NCBI GenBank assembly: GCA_000438075.1
Contig: FR903540.1
Span: 14,086 to 78,085 of the forward strand
DNA: 64,000 nucleotides
Direction: 5' to 3'
Source: Clostridium sp. CAG:609
Lineage (GTDB): Bacteria; Bacillota_I; Bacilli_A; RF39; UBA660
The notes under the pieces were generated by a model. It was not told the origin of the DNA. It worked only from the letters and a program-made list of their open reading frames with translations, and did no database searches. This document shows, in pieces, positions 48,235 to 57,635 of this stretch. How positions within the stretch are numbered: the first letter of the stretch is position 1; each line of letters starts with the position of its first letter. The translations under genes and the position numbers were made by a program.

Positions 48235-48895
48235 CATATTACTTTCAAAAATGGAAATTGGGTTTCCAATAGTTGAGAAAAGGTTAAAAAAAATTATTAA
48301 AAAAAATTCAAAAGTTATTATTATTCCTTGGAGTTTTCCAAATGAAACAGATAAAATTGGATTAAATGAGTATTATGATAAAAAGATTAAGCCAAAGTAT
48401 GAAAAAATATTAATTGATTTTGGAATTGATAAAAAAAATATTAAGTATTTAAATTGTTATAATAAAAATATTAAAATGATGAAAAAATATATAAATGAAT
48501 CTGATGTTTTAATTTTACCTGGAGGTAATCCTGAAATGTTTTTTTCTAAAATTGTACATGAAACTGAACTTCTTTATGTTATTAAACACTATAAAAAGAT
48601 TATAATTGGTGTGTCTGCAGGAGCGTGCCTCCATTTTAAAAGATATTTTATAACAGCTAAAAATAATTATTACAATTATTTTGCATTTTACGATGGTTTT
48701 GGCATTTTAAATAATTCGTTTCTTATTGATGTTCATTCATCTAATAATAAACTGTATTTTAATAAACTAAGAAATATATCTAAAGAATATATGAAAGATG
48801 TTTATGCAATATATAATGATGGTGCTATCATTGTTAATAGAAAAAATAATAATATAGAAATGTTTGGAAATGTTTTAAAGATAGATAATAAATAA
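48227..48895 (+). CDS. peptidase S51 (PepE/cyanophycinase-like) family protein
   Basis: 222 aa; VLILPGGNPEMF and IIGVSAGACL (GxSAG nucleophile elbow), later IDVHS; colinear with E. coli PepE; 8-nt overlap with the upstream gene. Confidence 0.7.
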   Translation: MYSILLSKMEIGFPIVEKRLKKIIKKNSKVIIIPWSFPNETDKIGLNEYYDKKIKPKYEKILIDFGIDKKNIKYLNCYNKNIKMMKKYINESDVLILPGGNPEMFFSKIVHETELLYVIKHYKKIIIGVSAGACLHFKRYFITAKNNYYNYFAFYDGFGILNNSFLIDVHSSNNKLYFNKLRNISKEYMKDVYAIYNDGAIIVNRKNNNIEMFGNVLKIDNK

Positions 48896-49030
48896 TAAAA
48901 TGTTTTGTGAAATTAAATAAATTAATTAATATATATATAATTAATAAAATTTGTCTTAAAATATTTTAAATGTTTGTTCAAAAAAATTTTTATTATATGG
49001 TGTGTAACAATGGATGGAACAAATTGTTTT

Positions 49031-50196
49031 AAATGACTAAACCTTAATTTATAATTTCTGTAGATATGATGTATGGCAATTTAAAAAAGCTAGCAGAAGC
49101 ATTAAATGTTACACCGATTATTTATTCTCCATTAGAATCTATTAGTAATAATGGGTTAAAATTTTTATATAATACTAAGCAATTTTTTGCTGGTAATAAA
49201 TTACTAAAAAAAGAAAATAATTTAATGAATATTGTTAAAGATGGGAAAGATTTTAATGATGTAGAATATCCTGAACATGTTAAAGGAAGTACTACTGATA
49301 TTATGTTTACTGGTGGTTCTAGTGGTATTCATAAAGGTGTTGAACTTGATGGGGGAGCATTAAATAGTGTAGTTAAAGCATTAGATTATGTTTTGATATT
49401 AGAACCTGGTATGGTTCATTTAGGAAATATTCCTTTTGGTCATATGTGTTTTGGTAGATTAGTTCTTCATTATTGTTTATGTAAAAATTTGGAATATGCA
49501 TTAACTTTAAAAGCTATGCCTAAAGATTTTTATAGTGAACTTGTTATAACTCATGCTAATGGTGCTATGGGAGGCAAAAATACTCCTGGTACTGTAGGTT
49601 ATCCAATTCCATTTGTTAATTCTAAAATTGTAGATTCTAAGACTTTTAAAGAATTGCCTATAGAAACACCTGGTGTATTACTTGTTAATGGTCCTGGAAT
49701 GATGCTTAGATATCATGAAAATGAAGAAGAAACAAATGCTGTATTTGTATATGATGAAAATGGTGTTAAATGGTATAATACAATGGATGTTGCTGTTAAA
49801 CATGAAAATGGTGAATATGAATTTATTGGTCGTCTTAAGAGAAATTTTGTTTCTGGTGTAGATAATATTTATCCAGAACAAATTGAACAATTACTTCTTC
49901 AAATACCTGAAATTAGAGAAGTTTTAGTTACATCAATACCTGATGATAAAGAACAATTCTTACCTAGTTATCATGTTAGTTTAAATGATTTTGATTGTAA
50001 TAAGACTGTTTTAGAAAATAAAATATTTACATTAATTCAAAATACTTTAGGTACTAGTGCACTTCCTGGTTATATTGAATATTATGAAAATGCTTTACCA
50101 AGAACTGATAATGGTAAGTTAGATCCTAAGGCTATGGAAGAAAAAGATAAAGAAAGAATTGAAAATAATAATTTAGTTAGAACTAGAGTTAGATAA
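49031..50196 (+). pseudogene. truncated, internally deleted copy of the 41023-42741 adenylate-forming enzyme gene
   Basis: Homology starts at the equivalent of codon ~114 and contains a stop (CCTTAATTT vs CCTGAATTT). An in-frame 213-nt deletion removes the GLGLTE block. The 3' end and terminator match copy 1. Confidence 0.85.
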
Positions 50197-50277
50197 GCTG
50201 CTTAATAGTAGCTTTTCTTTTGCTTGAAAAAAGAGTGTATTTGTGATATTATTAAGTTAGAATTGGAAGTGGTAGAC

Positions 50278-52107
50278 ATGGGATTTTATTTCTCAATTAG
50301 TGCATTAATTATTATTTTATTATTTACTTATAATTTTTTGGCTAAAGAAAGGGTAAATAATATTGAAACTAAGATATACAAATATTTATTATTTTTAACT
50401 ATATTTGGGTTATCTATGGATATTACTACTTGTATTTTATTTAAAGCTGGTGTAGATATAAATAGCTTTTGGTATTCAATGGGTTCAAAGTTAGTATTTG
50501 CTTATTTTGTTTTATGGTTACTACTTTTTGCTTATTATATTAAATGTATTAGTTTACCAAATCGTGGTAATTATAAAAGTAAAATGATGAGCACGTTTTA
50601 TTATTTTGTATTGTGTTTAGCTTTTATTGTTCCTTTTATAATAATTTTACCTGTTAATTTTAAATTGGAGGGAGATGTTATAATTCCAAATGGAATTCCT
50701 GTTTTTATTACTTATATTGTTTCTTTTTTACTTATTTTATATTCTGTTTATATTGCTATAAGATATCGCAAGAATATTGAGGGAAAAAAATTAAGACCTT
50801 TATATATTTTCTGTATTTTAATGCTCTTAAATTTCATTATACAAAGTTTATTCCCTTCGGCTTTTTTAATTAATTATTTATTGTCTTTAGTTGTAGTTAT
50901 AATGTATTTTACCATAGAAAATCCAGATGTAAAAATGATTCAACAATTGAATGCTGCAAAAGATGCTGCAGAGAAAGCTAATCAAGCAAAGACTGATTTT
51001 TTATCTAGTATGTCACATGAGATTAGAACACCTTTAAACGCTATAGTAGGGTTTAGTAATTTACTTTTAGATGATAAAAATTTACCTGATAGTGCTAATG
51101 ATGAAGTTAATGATATAGTGATGGCTTCGGATAATTTGCTTGAAATAGTTAATGGTATTTTGGATATATCGAAGATTGAAGCAGGTAAACTTGAAATTAT
51201 TAATACTGAATATGAAGTTAATAAGGTAATTAAAGAGTTAGTTTCTTTAACAAAAGGAAGACTCGGTGTTAAACCAATTGAACTTATTACTAAGTTTGAT
51301 AAATCTATTCCACCGGTATTATATGGGGATGCAGCAAGATTAAAACAAATATGTGTAAATATTTTAACTAATGCTGTTAAATATACAAAAGAAGGAAGTA
51401 TAACATTTACAATAAATAGTATTGTTAAAAATGGAATATGTAGATTAATTATTGCAGTTGAAGATACGGGTATTGGCATAAAACAAGAAAATATTGGTAA
51501 GTTATTTAATAAATTTGAAAGATTAGATTTAGAAGATAATGTAACAATAGAAGGTACTGGTTTAGGTCTTGCTATTACAAAGAGATTAGTTGATTTAATG
51601 AATGGTAATATTGTGGTACAAAGTGTATTTGGAAAAGGTTCTAAGTTTACAGTATCTATTGACCAAAGAATTGTGGAACATCCAACGATAAAGCTTGAAG
51701 AACAAGAGACATATGATAAAGTGAAAGTAAAAGATAAATTAGTTTTAGTTGTTGATGATAATAAGATTAACTTAAAAGTTGCAGAAAGATTACTTGAAAC
51801 ATATGGAGTTAAAACAGAATGTGTTGAAAGTGGATTTATTTGTATAGATAACTTGAAAAATGGTAAAAAATATGATTTAATATTAATGGATGATATGATG
51901 CCAAGAATGAGTGGGGTTGAAACATTAAAGAAAATTAAATCAGAGATTAAAGATTTTAATATACCAGTGATTGCTTTAACTGCGAATGCACTTACGGGTA
52001 TGAAAGAAAAATATATTAATGATGGTTTTGATGATTATTTAGCTAAACCAATTAATAAAGATCAATTAAATAGAGTAATTAATGAATATTTAAACACGGA
52101 GGGATAA
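50278..52107 (+). CDS. hybrid sensor histidine kinase/response regulator (multi-TM sensor)
   Basis: About 6 N-terminal TM helices; H-box [11 protein letters not shown]; G-boxes DTGIGI and GTGLGLAI; C-terminal receiver (VVDDN...[11 protein letters not shown]...K). Confidence 0.9.
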   Translation: MGFYFSISALIIILLFTYNFLAKERVNNIETKIYKYLLFLTIFGLSMDITTCILFKAGVDINSFWYSMGSKLVFAYFVLWLLLFAYYIKCISLPNRGNYKSKMMSTFYYFVLCLAFIVPFIIILPVNFKLEGDVIIPNGIPVFITYIVSFLLILYSVYIAIRYRKNIEGKKLRPLYIFCILMLLNFIIQSLFPSAFLINYLLSLVVVIMYFTIENPDVKMIQQLNAAKDAAEKANQAKTDFLSSMSHEIRTPLNAIVGFSNLLLDDKNLPDSANDEVNDIVMASDNLLEIVNGILDISKIEAGKLEIINTEYEVNKVIKELVSLTKGRLGVKPIELITKFDKSIPPVLYGDAARLKQICVNILTNAVKYTKEGSITFTINSIVKNGICRLIIAVEDTGIGIKQENIGKLFNKFERLDLEDNVTIEGTGLGLAITKRLVDLMNGNIVVQSVFGKGSKFTVSIDQRIVEHPTIKLEEQETYDKVKVKDKLVLVVDDNKINLKVAERLLETYGVKTECVESGFICIDNLKNGKKYDLILMDDMMPRMSGVETLKKIKSEIKDFNIPVIALTANALTGMKEKYINDGFDDYLAKPINKDQLNRVINEYLNTEG

Positions 52108-52109
52108 AA

Positions 52110-52886
52110 ATGAAAGATGTAAATATTTTAATTAATAATGGTGCTAATGTTAAAAAAGCTTTAGAATTATTTGGAGATATGGAAACATATGATGCAACGC
52201 TAGAAACATTTTTACAAGAAGTACCTAGTAAGCTTGAAAAAATTAGAGCTTTAAAAGAAATTGGAGATATGGCTAATTATGCTATTTTAGTTCATTCATT
52301 AAAAAGTGATGCAAGATACTTTGGTTTTGAAGAACTTGGTGAAATAGCATATCAGCATGAATTAAAAAGTAAAGAAAATGATATGTATTATGTAACTGAA
52401 CATTTTGATGAATTAATGGCTGAAGCAAATAGAGTTGTTAATGTTGTTAAAAAATATATGGGTGTTGGAGGTGTTGTAGATACACCAGAAGTTAAACACA
52501 CAAATGGTAAAAAAATATTAGTAGTAGATGACTCAAATATTATTAGAAATTTTATATTAAAAATATTAGATGATTCATTTGAAGTAATAAGTGCTAATGA
52601 TGGCAAAGAAGCTATTGATATATTAGATGATGAAAGAAAAAGAAATGATATTAAAGCAGTATTACTTGATTTAAATATGCCAAATGTTAATGGCTTTGAA
52701 GTATTAGATTTTTATAAAAATAAAGATTTATTTAGAAGTATACCTATTTCAATTATAACTGGGGTAGATGATAAAGAATCAATTAATAAAGCTTTTAAAT
52801 ATCCGATTGTTGATATATTACTTAAACCATTTAATGAAAGAGATGTAAAAAGAATACTTGAAAAAACTATAAACAGTAACATTTAA
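52110..52886 (+). CDS. Hpt-domain + receiver-domain phosphorelay protein
   Basis: Hpt signature LVHSLKSDARYFG, then a receiver (VVDDS...LLDLNMPNVNG...LKP). Confidence 0.85.
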   Translation: MKDVNILINNGANVKKALELFGDMETYDATLETFLQEVPSKLEKIRALKEIGDMANYAILVHSLKSDARYFGFEELGEIAYQHELKSKENDMYYVTEHFDELMAEANRVVNVVKKYMGVGGVVDTPEVKHTNGKKILVVDDSNIIRNFILKILDDSFEVISANDGKEAIDILDDERKRNDIKAVLLDLNMPNVNGFEVLDFYKNKDLFRSIPISIITGVDDKESINKAFKYPIVDILLKPFNERDVKRILEKTINSNI

Positions 52887-52900
52887 AAAAGAAGTGTTGA

Positions 52901-53821
52901 TTACTTCTTTTTTCGTTTTAATAAAGCTAGTGATTCTTCATTTGCAAATATTCTATCTTGCATACGATGAAGATTAAAACTTATCCATTCATTCCATGCT
53001 TCATTATTAGGATTTAAGGCAATACTAGCAAGTAGTTCACGGTATTCTTTTCGATATGGAATATAATTTTTAGAAAAATATATTGCTGGTAGAGGTAATT
53101 CAAATAAATTATTAGATATTGTTTTATTTGTTAAGTCTTGAAGTGTTATATGTTGAAAACATCTAGCAAGTCTAGTGTTACCATCTTCGAATACTTGTAA
53201 TACAGCGATTAAACCATGCATAATAAATGGTTTTATAAATAATTCTTCTTCATCTTTTATTGGTGTATTAAAATATTTACATAATAGAAGTGTTGATTCT
53301 TTGATATCATCATAAGATATTGGAAAATAATATATTACTGGTTTATTATCTTCAATATAGCCAACATAATGATGATTGTTTGTTCTAAAACCTTCATTTA
53401 TCGTATTTCCATTACTTGTTCCACGCATTAATATTTCGTGAGCTTTTTTTATTATTGCATCATTTAATGGTGTATTTTCTTTTAAAAGTTTACGCACTAA
53501 ATATCTGATTACAGTAGAGTGGTGTGTTTCATTATAGATTCTTAAAAAGTTTACATTTTCTCTTTCTAATACATGATTATCAATTATTTCTGAATTCATC
53601 AAAGCTTTAAGTATTGATTCTTGGGTTTCTTTACTATACTTTAATATGTCTTCGATGTATTCTATATATAATTCTTTAGTGAAATTCATTAACTTTTCAA
53701 TATCACTTCTTAGTTTTAAATCATCAATATAGTCGAATAATCTAACATCGACGATTTTTTCACGTGCTTCTTTTAAATCTTTTACTTGGAAATATTCTAG
53801 GTCTTCCTTGGTATATGACAT
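52901..53821 (-). CDS. Fic-fold protein with degenerate active-site motif
   Basis: 306 aa from the ATG after RBS AGGGGGAG (track ORF extends to 53902). Core ...HGLIAVLQVFEDGNTRLARCF... aligns with HPFx(D/E)GN(G/K)R, with Gln in place of the catalytic His. Confidence 0.75.
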   Translation of the reverse strand: MSYTKEDLEYFQVKDLKEAREKIVDVRLFDYIDDLKLRSDIEKLMNFTKELYIEYIEDILKYSKETQESILKALMNSEIIDNHVLERENVNFLRIYNETHHSTVIRYLVRKLLKENTPLNDAIIKKAHEILMRGTSNGNTINEGFRTNNHHYVGYIEDNKPVIYYFPISYDDIKESTLLLCKYFNTPIKDEEELFIKPFIMHGLIAVLQVFEDGNTRLARCFQHITLQDLTNKTISNNLFELPLPAIYFSKNYIPYRKEYRELLASIALNPNNEAWNEWISFNLHRMQDRIFANEESLALLKRKKK

Positions 53822-53896
53822 ATAAATCTCCCCCTTTAAATTGGTTATTATTTTAGCACTATTTCTCCGTTTTGTCAACTTTATTAAAACATAAAT

Positions 53897-53925
53897 TTGC
53901 ATTTTTCTTTTAAATGTGGTATAAT
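53897..53925 (+). promoter_or_regulatory. putative promoter of the J-domain operon (a divergent Fic promoter is also present)
   Basis: TTGCAT (53897-53902), 17-nt spacer, TG-extended TATAAT (53920-53925). On the minus strand TTGACA-17-TAAAAT lies at ~53844-53872. Confidence 0.5.
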
Positions 53926-53951
53926 TGCTATAACTTGAGGGGGTTATTATT

Positions 53952-55412
53952 ATGTATACAACTAAAAATATATTAGATGATTTATCCTTACTTGGTTTAA
54001 AAGAAGTAGAAAATGAAAAACAAATTAAATATTCTTGGAAAAAAACTTTAAAAAAGGTACATCCGGATATAGGTGGAGATACTTTAACTTCACAAAGGGT
54101 GAATGAAGCATATGAAAAACTTATGAATTTTGTTCATACACATGATCAAAAGTTTTTAGAATACTTTAATTTACTTATAAAATTAGTAATTGATTCATTA
54201 AATAATTATAAGTTAAATAGTTATTGTAGTGATATAATTATTTGTATTGATGAATATTTAACATATGGGTGTAACCCATTAGTTGGATATAATACTTGTT
54301 TAAATAAAATACATAACATATATAGAAACTTAGCAAGTGATTTGAATATATTGGGAAGTTTTCAGTTTAATCAAACATTAAGTAACTTTTATAGTAGTTT
54401 ATTAAATAAAGATATACCTCATGATTATTATTCTTTTTTAGAAAAATATAAGAAAAATAAAGAATATGCTTCTTTAGAAAATCAAATTATTAAAATAATT
54501 AAAGAATCTTTAAATAGTAGTGATGCAAAAAGAGTTATAATAGCAGAAAAGAAAATAGATGCATTATTTAGTATTGATAGATTAATAAAAGCTAATTTAC
54601 CTTATTTTAAAGATATGAAAAATAAAATAAATTGCAGAATTATATCAATGGAATATGAAGAAATATTAGATTGTTATTTAACAAAGAGATACGATAATAT
54701 TGAATTTAAAGTAAATAGATTAATTCAAGATATAAAACTAAGCTTTTTGTTTCAAGGTAGTATTTATGATAAATTATTATGTGCTCGTGTTAAAGCATAT
54801 AGATACTTTTATATAAATAAGGATATATCAATTATGATGTATGATGATATAGATGATTTTATTAATGGAACAAAAGATATATCTATTCTTGATAAAATAA
54901 TAAATAATGATTTTGAGAGTAAGGATGAATATTTAAAAGTATCATCTTTAGATAGAAAAGGCAGTGTATTTTTATTAAATAGAAAAAGTGATGTACCAGA
55001 TATAGCAGTTTTATATGCAGGTATAGTAAAGGATATAAATAATGATTCTGTTTATGTATCTGGGGTAAATTATTTAAGGAGTCAAGATGCAAATATCGAA
55101 AAAAATTTCTTTTTAAATAATTATGTGTCAATAGATGAATATTTATCTAATGCAAAATTTTTAGGGGTTAAATTATATGTTGCATCACCAGTTATTATTT
55201 TATATACTAATGGTTTAGTGGATATTTGTTTATCAAAAGAAATGCAAGTTTTTGTGGCACCAGCAAGAATGGTTGTAAGAAGTGTTAAAGAAAGTGATGA
55301 AAAATTAGCTAAATATCAAGATAAAGAATATTTAAAAGAAGAAGTTACTAAATACTTACAAGAACGTATTAGTAAAAGTAGAATGAGGGTAGGTAAAAAT
55401 GGAATATGTTGA
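53952..55412 (+). CDS. J-domain (HPD) protein, paralog 1, novel C-terminal architecture
   Basis: 486 aa; LGL...IKYSWKKTLKKVHPDIGGD...RVNEAYEKL; no G/F region, Zn finger or DnaJ C-terminal domain. Confidence 0.7.
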   Translation: MYTTKNILDDLSLLGLKEVENEKQIKYSWKKTLKKVHPDIGGDTLTSQRVNEAYEKLMNFVHTHDQKFLEYFNLLIKLVIDSLNNYKLNSYCSDIIICIDEYLTYGCNPLVGYNTCLNKIHNIYRNLASDLNILGSFQFNQTLSNFYSSLLNKDIPHDYYSFLEKYKKNKEYASLENQIIKIIKESLNSSDAKRVIIAEKKIDALFSIDRLIKANLPYFKDMKNKINCRIISMEYEEILDCYLTKRYDNIEFKVNRLIQDIKLSFLFQGSIYDKLLCARVKAYRYFYINKDISIMMYDDIDDFINGTKDISILDKIINNDFESKDEYLKVSSLDRKGSVFLLNRKSDVPDIAVLYAGIVKDINNDSVYVSGVNYLRSQDANIEKNFFLNNYVSIDEYLSNAKFLGVKLYVASPVIILYTNGLVDICLSKEMQVFVAPARMVVRSVKESDEKLAKYQDKEYLKEEVTKYLQERISKSRMRVGKNGIC

Positions 55413-56865
55413 AGCTTTAGAAATACTTAAATTAAGTGAAGAATTTTGCGATGAAGATTTAAAGAAAGCTTATAAAAGTGCATCAAAAATATATCACCCA
55501 GATTTAGGTGGTTCAACAGAAATGATGCAAAAAGTTAATGAAGCATATGATTTATTGTTAAAAGAACCGAGATATATACATATAACTAAAAGTTATAATG
55601 CAATTAGTTATCATGAAGAATGGGTTATGCAATTAAAAGAAAAACTTGCAGATGCTAAAAAAAATGATCCAAACTACATTGAAATAATGAAAGTTATACA
55701 AGATTTTGAAAACATGAATATAACTGGTATGACTTTAATGGATATACATAGAGAATTTGTTAATGCAAATAGTAAGATACTTGATATATTCTATGAAATA
55801 AAAAGAAAATTTTTTAAAGAAAACTATATATCTAAAGATTTTAAGTATGAAATTGATTTTACTAGTTCATTAAATAAATTATATTATGATTTAGATAAGA
55901 TTAAGTGTGAATTTGATCATTATGTTTATAGTAGTATTGTTATAAATGAAGTTGTTAAGAAGAATGTTGGTAATTTCTATTATAAATTTTTAGAAGATAA
56001 AGTAATGGAAATTTGTAATCAAGTATGTAAAGAGTATTTTGATAGTAAATCTATTTTAGATAAAATAAATATTATTAATAATAAAGTAAATGGATTATAT
56101 GTTATATATGAAGATAGTTTAAATGTTATTGATAATTTAAAGTTAGTTACTAATAATAGTGATTTAATAAAAAGAGAAATAGATAAAATGAACAATGATT
56201 ACTATAGTAATTATGGAAGACTTAATGAATTATTAGTTAGTGTATCTTCATCTAAGAAAAGCAAAGACATTAGAAAAAGTATTAAGATTAAGGAATATGT
56301 TACACGTAAGTACATGAATAACAACGAGTTGTTAAGAAGAATGTTACTTGATATTCATTATGTTAATATTGGTCTTATAAAAACAGAATGTTTAGATGTT
56401 ATATTAGATAAGAATTATGATAGTGTTGATGAGTATAATGAAGCTATTTATAAGCATATTGGTAAGAGTGATATAATTTTTGTTAATAATAAACTTATTA
56501 CTAATTATTCTCCATGCGTTGGAGTTTTACAATCTATATTTGATAATCAAGTATGTTTTGGTGGTAAGCTAATGAATAAAGAATATTTTTATAATCATTA
56601 TGAATCATTATCTATGATGCTTAGAGATATAGAATTTATCGGAGAATTACTTAATACTGGTGAAATATTATTATACACGAATAACATAATTGCTATTTAT
56701 AAAGGTAACGATGGAATTTATTTTAAGTTTTATGATAAGAAACGTGGTAAAAGAATAAATCATCCGGATATAGATAAGTATAAAGATAAGATACTTTTAA
56801 GAAATGAGATAATTGAATTTTTAAACAATGAGGTTATTTATGAAAATGATAGATTGTCAAAGTAA
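55399..56865 (+). CDS. J-domain (HPD) protein, paralog 2
   Basis: 488 aa; ALEILKLSEEFCDEDLKKAYKSASKIYHPDLGGSTEMMQKVNEAYDLL; 14-nt overlap with paralog 1. Confidence 0.75.
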   Translation: MEYVEALEILKLSEEFCDEDLKKAYKSASKIYHPDLGGSTEMMQKVNEAYDLLLKEPRYIHITKSYNAISYHEEWVMQLKEKLADAKKNDPNYIEIMKVIQDFENMNITGMTLMDIHREFVNANSKILDIFYEIKRKFFKENYISKDFKYEIDFTSSLNKLYYDLDKIKCEFDHYVYSSIVINEVVKKNVGNFYYKFLEDKVMEICNQVCKEYFDSKSILDKINIINNKVNGLYVIYEDSLNVIDNLKLVTNNSDLIKREIDKMNNDYYSNYGRLNELLVSVSSSKKSKDIRKSIKIKEYVTRKYMNNNELLRRMLLDIHYVNIGLIKTECLDVILDKNYDSVDEYNEAIYKHIGKSDIIFVNNKLITNYSPCVGVLQSIFDNQVCFGGKLMNKEYFYNHYESLSMMLRDIEFIGELLNTGEILLYTNNIIAIYKGNDGIYFKFYDKKRGKRINHPDIDKYKDKILLRNEIIEFLNNEVIYENDRLSK

Positions 56866-57634
56866 AACATATTATGAACCAGATTCTTTGGAAGTAATAT
56901 ATCAAAAAAAAATTCAGATAATTGTTGATGATGCTAATAGATATGCTTTAGTTAGTCCGAATTATTCTGGTATTGAATATAGATACTTTTATAAAATGAT
57001 AAAAGATTTATATGCTGAATATGCGATTAGAGTATTAAATAAGTTTAAGTTACCTTTAGATAGTTTTAGTTATAAAGATGATTTTGATTTTGATAGATTA
57101 GTATTAGAATTAAATATGTTTGTTATATTAAATACTGGTAAATCTGAGCTATCTAGTGATTTAGTGGCATCTTACAAAAGTGTAAGAGACTATGATGTTG
57201 ATTCACTTGAATATCAATATGCAGAAATGATTAATAGATATATTGAGTTTTGTGGTAATAAAAAAATGTATTCAATGGATTTAAGATATATTGAAGAATT
57301 TATTAATAAATCATATATGGCTTATGCTAAAAGTAAATTAGATGGTTTAAACATATATCCTGATTTAGATATATTCGTACCATTTGATGTATTTGTAATT
57401 AGACTTGATAATATAATAAATGAATATTGGTATAAAAAAGATATAATGGTTAAGTTAGAAAATATAGCAATGAGTTATTATGTTGAATCAGGAGTTGTGT
57501 ATGATGGGAAAATAAATAAACTTATGCATGATGCATTTAACAATATAATTGAAAATAGAGATTTAGAAGAGTTTTATTTAAATAAATTTAAAAGAGATAT
57601 AAGACTTGATAATACATTAGAAAGAAGGAAGTAA
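56840..57634 (+). CDS. hypothetical helical protein (operon member, no HPD)
   Basis: ATG 56840 lies 6 nt after GAGG (track start 56828); overlaps the end of the previous gene by 26 nt. Confidence 0.6.
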   Translation: MKMIDCQSKTYYEPDSLEVIYQKKIQIIVDDANRYALVSPNYSGIEYRYFYKMIKDLYAEYAIRVLNKFKLPLDSFSYKDDFDFDRLVLELNMFVILNTGKSELSSDLVASYKSVRDYDVDSLEYQYAEMINRYIEFCGNKKMYSMDLRYIEEFINKSYMAYAKSKLDGLNIYPDLDIFVPFDVFVIRLDNIINEYWYKKDIMVKLENIAMSYYVESGVVYDGKINKLMHDAFNNIIENRDLEEFYLNKFKRDIRLDNTLERRK

Positions 57635-57635
57635 A

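Noticed and set aside
50278-52886. Detocs-like defensive two-component system (sensor kinase, Hpt buffer, receiver-effector)
   Set aside because: The kinase here has a multi-TM membrane sensor rather than a cytoplasmic sensor. Hpt and REC are fused. There is no receiver-effector (for example nucleosidase) protein. The three-gene Detocs architecture is therefore not met.
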